Shown one piece after another: positions 15,069-28,667 of a stretch of DNA of 64,000 bases. The translations under genes were made by a program, and so were the position numbers. Below the pieces are notes generated by a model that had not been told where the DNA came from, did not search any database, and saw nothing but the letters and a program-made list of their open reading frames with translations. This stretch comes from Eledone cirrhosa. Taxonomy: Eukaryota. Position 1 is the stretch's first letter, and each line of letters opens with the position of its first letter. The stretch is from assembly GCA_964016885.1 (NCBI GenBank), contig OZ024746.1, forward strand, positions 5,270,001-5,334,000, read 5' to 3'.

Positions 15069-15169
<101 letters not shown>

Positions 15170-15182
15170 TTTTAATATAGAT

Positions 15183-15235
15183 GAGATTCTACAGGACTAC
15201 AACTGTTTCATTCTTTAGAAATCATCAGGAATCTC
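15183..15235 (-). ncRNA. type I hammerhead ribozyme (F1, minus arm)
   Basis: gagattc-CTGATGA-t-ttc-taaa-gaa-t-GAAACAG-ttgtagtc-CTGT-A-gaatctc; 7-bp stem I, 4-bp stem III, GUA triplet. Confidence 0.85.
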
Positions 15236-15236
15236 A

Positions 15237-15289
15237 GAGATTCCTGATGATTTCTAAAGAACGAAACAGTTCTAGTCCTGTAGAAACTC
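15237..15289 (+). ncRNA. type I hammerhead ribozyme (F1, plus arm)
   Basis: gagattc-CTGATGA-tttctaaagaac-GAAACAG-ttctagtc-CTGT-A-gaaactc. Confidence 0.8.
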
Positions 15290-15370
15290 ATCTATATTAA
15301 AACTTTTATACTCTGCTATGTATTGAGTACCTTACTTACTGTGGTTACCTCCGATTCAACCCGGAATAAC

Positions 15371-15434
<64 letters not shown>

Positions 15435-15469
15435 GGAGAGTGAGACAGAGAGAGAGGGGGAGATAGCGA

Positions 15470-15556
15470 TAGATGCAGAAGCGAAAACCAACCCCAACCA
15501 AACAGTGTGTTCTGTTATTATTTCTGGCAATATTAGAACAATATGACCCTCCCCAA

Positions 15557-15558
<2 letters not shown>
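15470..15558 (+). mobile_element. 3' tail fragment of family F5
   Basis: Reverse-complement homologue of ~27505-27595; ends in (TA)n. Confidence 0.75.
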
Positions 15559-15644
<86 letters not shown>

Positions 15645-18109
15645 GAGCTATATATTTTATATTTTACTGATACAGCATGATATAGATGCTCTCAAGAAGC
15701 ATAAATCGTAATTTGGTTTATGTTCCTTTCTGTGGTTATTTTAGTTTACATGCATCACTAGTACGTTGGCAGAGGTACGAATCACATAATATCCGTCAAA
15801 GGATCCCCTTCTAAAGTGTTTAATAGTTAAAAGGTAAAGTTAAAACCTATTAGGATTTGAAATAATATTATTTGCCTTTGTTTTCCTGGTACAATCGTTT
15901 AAAAAGATAAGAAAGGTACAACACTCTATTTCCCCTGCATTAGTATTAGTATCAGTTAAAATATATGAGAACAACAATATCAAAAATGTCGTAAGGATTG
16001 GCACTTAGACCTAGTTTTCCGCACCTTAGAATAGACAAAACCTTCTCGTGAAGAATACTCCAGTCTATCGCAGTCAACAAGAAAGCTTGTACATGGTAAC
16101 CCGATGAATCAAACAGGGAGGCAGTAGATGGTAAATCGACCAGTGAGAAATAGCAGTCAAATTCTCCTCAGATCAAACCATACCAACTTAAAACGAAAAT
16201 AGTGGTTAAATAATAAAGTCCTTGTTATATTGTCTTCACGTAAGATGATGTGGTAATGCATTTACTTTGATAATACGTCATCTTCATCAAGATTAAACAA
16301 CTTCATCAATATCTAGGAATTATTCAGCACTATACCTACAGTAGATATAAAACGAGGGCATGGGAAATAATAGTCCTATAACATGCACGGAATTGCAACA
16401 GTAAGACAATTACAGAATCCATAATGAGAAAGAAAATTTAAATGTATTTCTCAAAATGGCTGCTCCAATTCGAAATGCTACAATGCGTAAATATGACTGT
16501 TAATTTAAAACGATAGACAAATAAAACTTACCACCATCACTACCATTACTAACAACAGGAATAACAACAACAGTACTGATGGTAACAACACATATAATGA
16601 TGATGATGATGATGGTGGTGGTGGTGATGATGACGACGATGATGATGATGATAAAAATAATAATTACAATAATAATAGTGATGATGATGCTATGAATCTC
16701 ACATTGTTGAAGCTTAGTTCACACATAGACACACACAGAGACAGACACAGACACATAGACACACACAGACACACACACACACACACACAAACACACACAG
16801 ACACACACATATACAGGCACACACACACACATAATTCATCCAGATATGAATATACACAAAGCAATTATTGTTTTCGCAAGGATTAAATGGAAATTGTTGT
16901 ATTTTGATTGTGTCTGTAGGTAAAAGTACTTATATTTTAATATGTAATATTCTGGTTTAGATTATTGTTTTCCTTCATAAATAATTACTTTTGTTGGTTC
17001 ATGGAACAATTATCCAGTATTTAAGTGTTTTCTATACTGTTCTCCTCTTTCATTACCTTTTTTATGTATGTTTTTACTCACAGCTTTAAAGTTTATACAA
17101 AGGTGTTTCACGCACTTTCTTATTATGGAATATAGAACATACATAGTAACACACACACATACAATCTCATACACACATATACTCACGAACACACACATAC
17201 TCACACAGACCCACACACCAACACACTCTCGCACACACACATACTCACGTACATACACATGTTCACTCCCATAAACACACACACACATATAGAAATACAT
17301 GTAATAAGAACAGTTAGATCTAAGATCTTACATCGACTACTATATGTCGAGTTTCACGTTACCGCTCAAATCGATAAGTGTTAGAGTAAAATTTGATATA
17401 ACTGCGGGGTGTTTCTTCTCTGAATACCTTCTGCTGTCCTGAGAGTTTCTTACGACTATGTACCACAACTAATATATATTTCACGTTACACTTATGAGTC
17501 TCTGGACTAAATATAAATTTGTTTTAAAAAGTAATTTTATTGCAAACCACATGCTATTCGAACATTCTTTTTCGGGAGAATCCTGTTTCCCCATGTGATG
17601 GATACATTTTTATATATTACTTTTTTTAAAATTTACATCTTACTATAATTCCAGATCCCTTCCACAGGATTGGACATAAAAAAAAAACAGTATTCAAAAG
17701 ATAAAGATTTAGGAAAATCTATAAATTCAAATAAATCAGTTAATGCTAAATTACAGCTGTATTAAAAAAGGGTCAACTTCAAATAGAGTTCCAGGCTTTC
17801 TTTTTATGTCATCGTAAAATCAAGCAAAAAATCAAAATTCCCCGATAGATTATGAAAATAATTTTTCGTTCTACCGTGTTCATATACTTTCCATTATATT
17901 ACTCTAAGATTTATGAGGTATTTCCTGGTTTGCACAAGTCTAATGAACTGTAATAATTAATAGCTTGGTATAGTAAATTATTAAACATTGCATTAAACAT
18001 GGCATATATTCGTTATGGAGAACCTTATCTGAAATATCGCTACTTAGAAGGGAAATAGTGCTTTAATGTATTCCAATACACTTCGCAGTTTATTAGGACA
18101 ACCGATATG

Positions 18110-18243
<134 letters not shown>

Positions 18244-18626
18244 GTAATGAATATATATATATATTTAATCCTGCAAACTCATGCATGTGGAAGCATAGTT
18301 ATATTGGTATATGTACGAATCTCTCTCCCCCTCTATCTCTTCCACTCTCCCTTTCTCTCTCTCTCTCTCCCTCTCTCTGTATATATATATATTTTCCTCA
18401 TGCATTCATATTAATAGTTTTACTTTACAAGTGTGTGTATTAGTGTAAAGTCTAACGGGTATGTGTATGTTATGGATTATATCACTTGGGAGGAATATAT
18501 AAAATCACATACTGTTGTCCATGTATTTATGTACATGCAAATACACACACACACAAGCATACACACACATATACACACACATACACACATATGCCTCCAA
18601 ATTCAAATCACACACACACACACACA

Positions 18627-18730
<104 letters not shown>

Positions 18731-19255
18731 CATGCAGAAATGCAAACCTATACATATAGCTGATAGCCATTACACCCATATTGTTAGAATTGATGTAGTT
18801 AATATAAATTCCTTTTATGTAAAAGTTTTAAAACGTTTTGCTCCCCGAGGCAAATCACACTAAGCGGAATACATTAAATACACTCCATTTCCTATCCGAA
18901 GAAATACATCCTTATTTTTCAATGAATAGGTCTCCTTTTAATTCACTCCACATGGTTTGTCCTTAAAAAAAAAGAAGAAAATAATAAAAAACAAGATGTC
19001 CGCTAAAAGGTATCTATCTTGTAAATCTTATATCATATATACTTATAACATTGGTTGTTGATGATTAGAGATAACATCCGTAATAAATGGCAGATATCGT
19101 TGTAGGCAATCACAGTAACTGTCCTTTCTGATGCTTTTAATGCTTTATTTCGATGATTTGGTATATTCAAGTGTCTCTACTGGAGAAACGACTGAAAATC
19201 TGTCTAAACCGTCATTATTATTATCCTTCTTAGTTTCTTCTTTTTTAAACATTTG

Positions 19256-19287
<32 letters not shown>

Positions 19288-19291
<4 letters not shown>

Positions 19292-19489
19292 AAAATGTTC
19301 AAGACCCCGACGGCAGAGCTCAAGCCGTTTCGACGGCTATTTCCGGTTTCGGTCCAGAAATAGCCGTCGAAACGGCTTGAGCTCTGCCGTCGGGGTCCTG
19401 AACATTTTCCTATTACCCACTCTACTACCCAAAGTATTGAGTACTCTGGTGCGTTATGGTCCACCTGGTTCCTTACCACACTTCCTTCG

Positions 19490-19490
<1 letters not shown>
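19288..19490 (+). mobile_element. family F2 fold-back element (3' half of a hammerhead-like motif)
   Basis: ~55-bp arms; GAAAC-GGC-ttgagctct-GCCGT-C motif; ~80-nt tail; TA-flanked; homologues at 31292, 42023 and 52056. Confidence 0.85.
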
Positions 19491-19529
<39 letters not shown>

Positions 19530-19531
<2 letters not shown>

Positions 19532-19790
19532 AGTAGGAATATTTTCGAAACAGCGAGCGGGTCTGAAATGATTATAAATGTAAGCTATCGCCGTATTTTG
19601 ACTAAAGAAATTAAATAAATTATTTAGCCTGATAGTGGGGTTAAGAGCCCTCGGAGAAATGGAAAAAGATGAGTATTGACGTCAATACTCATCTTTTTCC
19701 ATTTCTCCGAGGGTTCTTAACCCCACTATCAGGCTAAATAATTTATTTAATTTCTTTAGTCAAAATACGGCGATAGCTTACATTTATAAT
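19530..19790. mobile_element. TA-flanked element with spacerless ~110-bp-arm palindrome
   Basis: Centre gac|gtc at 19680/19681; arms ~19572-19789 with one mismatch seen. Confidence 0.85.
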
Positions 19791-20958
19791 AATATATATA
19801 TATATATATATACATATGTAACCATTTCGCCATAAATAGCTGTCATTTTGAGGTCCTTGATATTTCAATTACAAGTTTTATATATACAACATACATTAGA
19901 ATCACGAATAGTTGATTTCCACCGTGTTTGGATTGTTTAAACATTCTTTTTAATAGTGAAAATATGTGACACCCAGCTATAAAGAAAAACCACAAACGTA
20001 ATGATCTGAGAATTTATATTTTGTATATACAGTGTTATACTATTTGTTCCATTCACATAATATTGCTTAGTAAACCAACCTTTTTAGACACTAACAGTGT
20101 TATCTCGTTGTGTTAAATATTAAAATGGCTACACTATAAACATTATCATACTAGATAAAGATTTCAATATACTTGGTAAAGTACTTTATAAAATATAAAG
20201 TATTTTCTTAATTGTTTTACTATATGACGTGTAAATACTAAAATCTGGTGTGGTACAAGATGTCACGTATTGAGCATCTGAGTGTTCGTTATTCAATTTC
20301 ATATTGCAATTGTCTATTATATTTACTTACCTTAATCTAAAATCACAAATTTATCGTTCACACATGAACATATACACATCTATAAACATAAGAACACACG
20401 TACATACTTATACACACACACTTAAATGCATATTAGAATAAGTGTATATATTATAGGAATTTATATAATTTATATATAATCATCTCGTATTTAAATGACA
20501 GTTCATGTAATTTAAAATTATCTTTATCAATGTTTGTACGAATTAATATATTATAAATCAAAGATTAACATAAATGCTAAGCCACACTTGATGGAAATCA
20601 TACTTTTATAGAATAATGAAAAGTAAATAGTCAGTTCATCTACAATAATCCCCCCAAGGAAAATATTCGAAGCAATTTAATTCACTAATATAATCCCTTC
20701 CATAATATTAGACATATATTCACAACATTATACAAGCAATTCACTACACATTTACAGCAGGAAATGTTACTTCGGCTGCATTTCATGGTACTGCATATAA
20801 CCCAGAGAAGAAATCCTAACATCGTCTGCATTATACAAATACATCGTCACGTTTCTTGTTCAGATCTAACGAGAAAATTAGAATAGTAAACACACATTAT
20901 CTCATAACATCGTACACCATACAGGAATTTACAACAGATAACACACTAAAAAACTACT

Positions 20959-21061
<103 letters not shown>

Positions 21062-22111
21062 ACATATATATATATATATATATATTGGTGTGTGTGTGGA
21101 GTATTTGTGTGTATATTTCAGATAGGGGAAGCAATGCATGAAGAAAGAGAAGCTCGTGTATTATTGGAAAGTCTGCATAAGGCATTGGTTAAATAGATAT
21201 CTTTGTCTATAGTTTATTATCCTCGTTTAAGACACTCAACTCTGAAAGTTTCCTGCATTGTACATAAGAGGTAGAGAGGGATAACCTGAGTGGGGGCTCT
21301 GTTACTCACACACATGCAGACACACACATCCATACACAAAGGCAGAGAGACATCGACATGCGAGGTGAAGGATAAAATAGATACCAACTACTATTTTAGG
21401 CTATATTAATCAACAATACTTCACACCTACCATCATTGAATGTCTATTAATTCGTAAAACACAGAAGAGCGAATAGTCACAAAACATAGAGTACCAGGCT
21501 AAACACTGATTCGTTGCCTATATATTCATTTCATCCAGTTATATTCCGAGACTATTTTCTACCAGGATCATATTTAATTTTCTTGATTTCAAGGTCAATA
21601 AACTAACTACTAGTAATATTCCTGATTTAATACTATTGTTTACAATCTTTATTTACAAAATAAGCAATGAAATAGAGTGGAAAGTGTTAAAATCTTAAAA
21701 CTATTTATTTCAACAAAGTTCTCCGTAAATCGACTGAAAGGAAAAGAAAAATATAAAAATAAAGACTGTAGAAAGTGAACATCACTAAAGCAGAATATTG
21801 ACAGGTTTATCATAAAGTCTTGGCCAGGTTGACTTGTCGAGAGCATGTTGAAAAGAAGGCCAATTCTAAGATAATACAAGGTTAGTTTTTAAACCATAGG
21901 AATACTTGGATTGTTGTAGTCATAAAGATACCCGACAGATAATCGATATCCTGCAGGCGCTAACTTTGGCAACTTACAATAATTATCGACATTCTTTCGT
22001 TGATTTAGGAATAAGAATTTAGCTGGGATATTTATACCCAATGGAAGTATATGTTTGTTTTTGGGTTTTACTGATGGTTAAATTTGACAATCTTAGACAT
22101 GTTTGACATTT

Positions 22112-22168
<57 letters not shown>

Positions 22169-22171
22169 AAT

Positions 22172-22440
22172 ATATAATAACTAGAAATTGATTAACATAT
22201 AAATAAACATGAATAATCACAGGAGATAATTTTTACAAGTGTGTAAGCACACATAGCTAGGTAGGTAACTAAATAAATGTTTATTTATATGTTAATCAAT
22301 TTCTAGTTATTATAAAATGCTCGGACCTATTCGTTAGAATCTTAGAGCTTATTTTGCGGGTGATATGGCGCATGTCTTTCTGGCATGACACCCATAATTT
22401 TGATTTAGATTAAATTCATTTTGATTTATCTTAATTTTGG
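22172..22440 (+). mobile_element. family F6 fold-back element
   Basis: Arms ~22174-22210 and ~22277-22312 plus tail; near-identical reverse copy at 40518-40745. Confidence 0.8.
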
Positions 22441-22803
22441 ATATAGATATTTAAATATATATATATGTATATATGTAGATAAATCTACCAAAATATACGA
22501 TAGTGTCTAATCCGTATGAAGAACTCAATGTAATCCAAATATAGAAGATATCATGAAAAGAGAAGATGCATTCAAAAATTTACGATAAAAATCATAGGAA
22601 AACAGAGTCAAGATAAATTAATAAAAACAATGAAATAAAAACAAAGAACAAGTTCCTTATATTAAAAAAAAAATCATCATTTTACAATCGTTTCTGGGAT
22701 GTATATGTGTGTTGGTATGTATATCATATAGATCTATGTAAAAATATTACAAATTATCAGAGGAAATATACATACCTTCACATATACATGCCGTCCTCAG
22801 AAA

Positions 22804-22837
<34 letters not shown>

Positions 22838-23299
22838 TATTAGTATTGGTGCGCTGAAATAGCGATGTATATATGAATGTATGTATAGTATATATGATAA
22901 CATACTGTATGTTATCAAATATACTATACATACATTCATATATATATATATATATATGAAAAGCTGAATGTATTGATAGGGATTACCATTTGTCTGAATG
23001 ACAGAGTAAATGTTTTCAGGTTGGCTCTAAGACGATCATTTATCATACAGGCAGTCACATCTGTCCAAAGAAAATACCCATTGTAGTCCTTCCTTTGCAC
23101 GAAATGAGAAGCTTACATTTTATTTTGCAGGAGGTTAGTATACTGGTTAGTGAATATATCCCAGTATATTACTGAAATTTACTTAACTGTAGGTAGAAAC
23201 ACCTAAGTAATGAGACTTAAACATTGATTGACGGAATTAAATATGTGAAACATCCAGTTCAGAAAATCCTATCAGTTTAGTGATAGATAAAATTTGAGA

Positions 23300-23550
23300 A
23301 TTGATAGAACCGGTGCAACAATGAATTAAATCGATCCCACTGTTTGACATGTACTTTATTTATCGACCCCGAAATAATGAATGACGAAGTTGACCGTAGC
23401 AGGATTTGTACTTAAATGAAGTCAACGCCAGAGACTACTAAATACAAAGACAACGACACAATACTTATGAAAAATAATATATATACAATTTAAAGGTTAT
23501 CAACAGCCCCCCCCCCCCATAATGTCCGGCGCTCTACCGATACTTCCAAT
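23300..23550 (-). mobile_element. degenerate tRNA-derived SINE
   Basis: tttatcgaccccgaaataatgaa...aagttgacc core and gtccggcgctctaccgatact head match 24885-25103. Confidence 0.6.
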
Positions 23551-24117
23551 AATAAAACTCAACTCAATACTCGAAATCGGTGAGTAGGTTTAAATATGTT
23601 TCCATCCAAGTAATGCATTACAACTTCAATGTAATAAGTTTGAAGTTAGGTGAATTGAAAAGTTAGGAAAAATAACTAGCAAATTATGGTGTGACGAAAG
23701 CAGCAATCGAAAGGGAATATAAATCTACCCCGCACAGTGCATGGTCTGAAACAAATAGAACATTACCATAAAATAACAACAGTTGGCCAAGAAAAATATT
23801 TGGGAAGAAACAGAGGAAGGTTGATAAGTGCAACGAAGAAACATGGAAAAACAAAATATTTTTCTCAATATATAAACGATAAAATACAAAACAGAATCTA
23901 ACTACACTGAAACAGAAGATTTAGGTAAAAGAAGAAAACCAATATTAAAATGGAACTACAGTATATACGAAAGAAGAAATGGAGAAAAAGAAAAGGGAAA
24001 CTAAAGTAGGAACAGTAGCTTGAACGGTCCTGTGTAAAAGCAGAAACAGAAGAATTTATTCCATTTACATAAGAACAATGTCTGAACATAAACAATTATA
24101 AGAACAACACAAGGAAA

Positions 24118-24545
24118 GTGGATCTTAACGCCATATGCAAACTGTGTACGTCATCTTCGGTTGCCCATCTTTCCAAGTGTGAATATATACACATACATGA
24201 TCAGGTAGGGTGTTATATCTACAGCGAAATATATCAACACTTCGATATGAACAAAACAAGGAAGTGGTATAAATATGTAACAAATAGATTACATGACAAC
24301 TAAATGGACATTAATATCAGGTACAGTCGCATAGAAACCAGGAGATCAAGGTAAACCATCCAGATGAATTAATCAATGACCGAAGAAAACAGAAACACAC
24401 TGATATTGTAATCACTTGGGAATAAAATATCTCAAAAGAAGTGTAATAATTGTTAAAAGACAAGGATCTTGAAATGGATATGTACAAGATGTGGGACATG
24501 AAAGCAAAAATAATACCAATAGAACTTGGAGCACTAAGTAGTTAA
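24118..24545 (+). mobile_element. decayed R4/Dong-like non-LTR element (Zn knuckle + RLE)
   Basis: CKLC...HL..C.YIH.HDQVG.YI; ..NHPD..; KDLEMDMYKMWDMKAKIIPIELGAL. Confidence 0.75.
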
Positions 24546-24884
24546 GACCCTTCAGAGGAACCCCAACCCCATTTTAGTTGCTTGTATTCTTATTCCTTTG
24601 GTTATGACCATAGGTAGGGGTTTATACTCCGCTCAAAAATAAGAACACAATGCTACACACGACGTAGATACTTTACGCCGTATACTATACACAACACAAC
24701 AAACTGTAAAATATGAGAGGAAACAATTTACAGTAAACTAAGAAGAGGTGTCTATATCTCCTTCCTGATAAAAAGGAAGATGTAATGCTACACACACATG
24801 AAGGACTCGGGGGAGCAGCTGGTTGGTGATGCAGGAGAAACTCGCATGAAACTGGTTATGAAATAGTAGTAATAATAGTAATAA

Positions 24885-25103
24885 TGGTTTCTTATATAGG
24901 CACAAGGCCAGCAATTTTTGGGGAGGGGAAAGTCGATTAAATCGACCCCAGTGCGTGACTGGTACTTGATTTTATCATCCCCCGTAAGGATGAAAGGCAA
25001 AGTTAACCTAGGCGGGATTTGAACTCAGATCATAAAGAGCCGTAACTCTATGCTGCAAAGCATGGCGTCCGACCCTCTACCGATACTGCCAGTCCACCGC
25101 CCT
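24885..25103 (-). mobile_element. tRNA-derived SINE, near full length
   Basis: A box TGGCAGTATCGG, B box GTTCAAATCC, conserved core gcctttcatcc..gataaaat.agtaccag (resembles the Meta/Sauria-type SINE core, from memory), (TAC/TAT)n tail. Confidence 0.85.
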
Positions 25104-25654
25104 AATGGTAATAATAATAATGAGTATAATGATTATAATTATGAGAATAAAACCATAAAAGAAGAAGAAGAAAAAGAAAAGAAGCACAAAGGAAGAAGAA
25201 AGAAGAAGAAGAAGAAGAAGAAGAAGAAGAAGAAGAAGAAGAAGAAGAAGAAGAAGAAGAAGAAGAAGAAGAAGAAGAAGAAGAAGAAGAAGAAAACTAC
25301 AAACAAAAGTTTGGTAAAGTTGCGTGGAGCCAAATGAAAGAATGTAATGGTTACTATTGAAATTATTGGAATCTTGAAATAATTTATGGTCTTTAAAGCA
25401 GGAAGTATGATTGAGGGGAAACATGAAAATATTTGTAAACACTCCGAACATAAAACTTGATTAGGTTCTATCACTACACTGGTTTAAACAGCATAGCACA
25501 ATATTTAAAGACGGCCTCAATATTTCATCTAAATTACAGCTGGCCGTCATTTCACTGATCTTAACGTTATTAGTATATCTAGTCGACTCCTCTCTTATAT
25601 CTGTCGTCTGATATATGAAATATAAATCAATATTTTCTATATCTAACTCATTTG

Positions 25655-26382
25655 ACTACATACCACCAAAATATGACCACCACTACATACCACCAAAACA
25701 TGACCACCACTACATACCACCAACACATGACCACCACTACATACCACCAACACATGACCACCACTACATACCACCAAAACATGACCACCACTACATACCA
25801 CCAAAACATGACCACCACTACATACCACCAAAACATGACCACCACCACTACATACCACTAACACATGACCACCACTACATACCACCAAAATATGACCACC
25901 ACTACATACCACCAAAACATTACCACCACTACATACCACCAAAACATGACCACCACCACTACATACCACCAAAACATGACCACCACTACATACCACCAAA
26001 ACATGACCACCACTACATACCACCAAAACATGACCACCACTACATACCACCAAAACATGACCACCACTACATACCACCAAAACATGACCACCACTACATA
26101 CCACCAAAACATGACCACCACCACCACTACATACCACCAAAACATTACCACCACTACATACCACCAAAACATGACCACCACCACTACATACCACCAAAAC
26201 ATGACCACCACTACATACCACCAAAACATGACCACCACCACTACATACCACCAAAACATGACCACCACCACTACATACCACCAAAACATGACCACCACTA
26301 CATACCACCAAAACATTACCACCACCACCAACACATGACCACCACTACATACCACCAAAACATGACCACCACTACATACCAC
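25655..26382. repeat. 27-bp minisatellite (CACTACATACCACCAAAACATGACCAC), +/-3 variants
   Basis: About 26 copies; explains the YIPPKHDHH ORF. Confidence 0.95.
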
Positions 26383-27451
26383 TTTCTCTCGAATTAAAGT
26401 TGTCTGGAATTATGGCTGATGAATACAAACCAATAAAACTATCTAACATTCAGATACGTCATTTTCCATTCAAGTTCAAACCATTTGCTGTTCCATAGCA
26501 TCCACTACATTCTAAAATACACATATTCTCTCGTCTCGAATAATCGTCCTATCTTCGCCTAGTCATTCTTCAGAATTTTTCCACACCCCGCTTATTATAT
26601 CTTGCTAATCTATCTCCGGCGAAATTTTAGTGGTAGCATTCCTGCGACAATTAATTTTCTTTAGGCATTACAAACACTATACATGACCAAAAAAGTACAT
26701 ACATGAAATCCCATACGTTATAAAATAAATAGGATGGGTTGTGGTTTCAATATGTAAACGAAACAACTAATTCTGGTTTTTTTAAATCAACGGAAACAAT
26801 CTAGAAAAATTACTGATTTTCCACTCATCCTCTTATTCCACCCTTGCTTATTCCAACCCCCCGATTATTTGGGAGCCGGGTGTATACACTTGCACGTACA
26901 GACACACGTATATACATTCACAAATATATATTTATCGACCTATGCATAGAGACATCACACCTACACGTCTACAGAAAAGCAGAAAATATTTACTATATTC
27001 CTTAAATGTTACATGTTACTCATATCTCATGATTGTTATAGTTGATTCTCTTATTGAATTCTCTCTCTCTCTCTCCCTCTCCCCCTCACCTCCTCTCTCA
27101 CTCTATCTATCTCTCCCTCTTCTACCCCCCTCTCTCAGTACGAGGCATTAATGCCTTGTCGAAGAACACTAATAATATAGACATTGAAGTAGATAACCGG
27201 AACTGGAAATCGAAATTAGATAGTGTTTTCCTGTTTGCTATCAACTTCCACATAATATACAGTGCTGCCCGTTATATCTACACAAATATTGGCTAATTGA
27301 AGAAAGAAGCTTTAAACAATAGAAACTACAGAATTCTTTTTAGCTCCATCGACCAACTTTTCTTTACTAAAAACTTCAATAAATAACATTCTCTGCCAGG
27401 TTTTATGTAAAGAATCGGAATTTTCTAATTATTGTTTTATCCTCTTGGGTG

Positions 27452-27500
<49 letters not shown>

Positions 27501-27501
<1 letters not shown>

Positions 27502-27760
27502 TGTTATACTTGGGGAGGGTCATATTTGTGTAATAATATTGCCAGAATTAATAACAGAACACACTCACTGTTTGGTTGGTTTTCGCTTCTGTGTCTTTTA
27601 TATCGGTTAATTTAATTTATTCGGTCCTCAATATTTACCATTGACTGACCAACGGTAAAAAATACAGATATAATATAGACACAAACAGATATATATAGTC
27701 TAACAAAGTTCTTTCGTTGCACATCTGCAACCTCGTCAGTGGTGTTATTATGTAGAGATT
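27501..27760 (-). mobile_element. hammerhead family F5 element
   Basis: Hammerhead followed by ~200-nt tail ending gaccctccccaagtat next to (TA)n; tail shared with 15470-15558. Confidence 0.7.
27701..27747 (-). ncRNA. minimal type I hammerhead ribozyme (F5)
   Basis: taaca-cca-CTGACGA-g-gttgca-gatg-tgcaac-GAAAG-aa-CTT-tgtta; 6-bp stem II, stem I imperfect. Confidence 0.65.
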
Positions 27761-28483
27761 TAGTAGGCTGTGTTATGTCTGTCTGATTTAAAAAGCTGTG
27801 TGATAATCTACTTCGTCTTATAACAACCCAAGATTATATAACCTGCAACTGACTGGACAAACAATAGCAAAGATTAATAACATGAACTTTAAGATTTATA
27901 TAAATCGTTATTCCTTTTGATCATATCTTAATGGAGTCATTATTTATTATATTAGCTAATTGTTAATTACCGAGTTTTAATTTAATGTATATCTATTTGA
28001 CTGTAGATCTAACAAGTCAGTACATTCAGGTCATTTCTCGTTTATATAAAGATATTAGCGTATATTTATATATGTTCCAGCTTCTGCACATCTGGATATG
28101 TTATCGTTGTTGAAATCTGAAATAAACCATGCTACACATATAGATAGGTAGATAGATGCATATATGTACATACATAATACATACATATATACATACTTAA
28201 ATACATATATAAATATATACTTAAATACATACATACGTACGCACACACACACACACACACACACATATATAAAATGAATGAAAATAATCAGGATGTAATT
28301 ACATTATTTAATAGATCTAAACTACTTTATATATAAAGGAGAGAGGCAAAGAAAGAAAGACGAAGAGAGAGTAAGAGAAATATATAGTGACAAAGACAAT
28401 GCAATATAGGGATAAACAGAGAGAGAAAAACAAGTAGATTGATAAAGAGGATTAAAGTAATAGGTAGTGGAAAGAAAAAAAAA

Positions 28484-28531
<48 letters not shown>

Positions 28532-28667
28532 AAAAAGAAACAAAGAAAGAGGCAAAGAGAATACCAATAATTTAGAAAGTGACAAACACAGAAAAGTGAA
28601 AGAAAATGAGTGAAAATGAAATAAAAGGAGAGACTAAGAATGAGAGAAAAGAAAGTGATAATTAGAA

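Noticed and set aside
25615-26397. His/Pro-rich repeat protein (YIPPKHDHH)n
   Set aside because: It is a 27-bp tandem repeat open in most frames on both strands, with no signal peptide or unique flanking coding sequence.
26525-26884. Possible MITE with degenerate TIRs
   Set aside because: The left TIR match is too weak and no TSD could be established.
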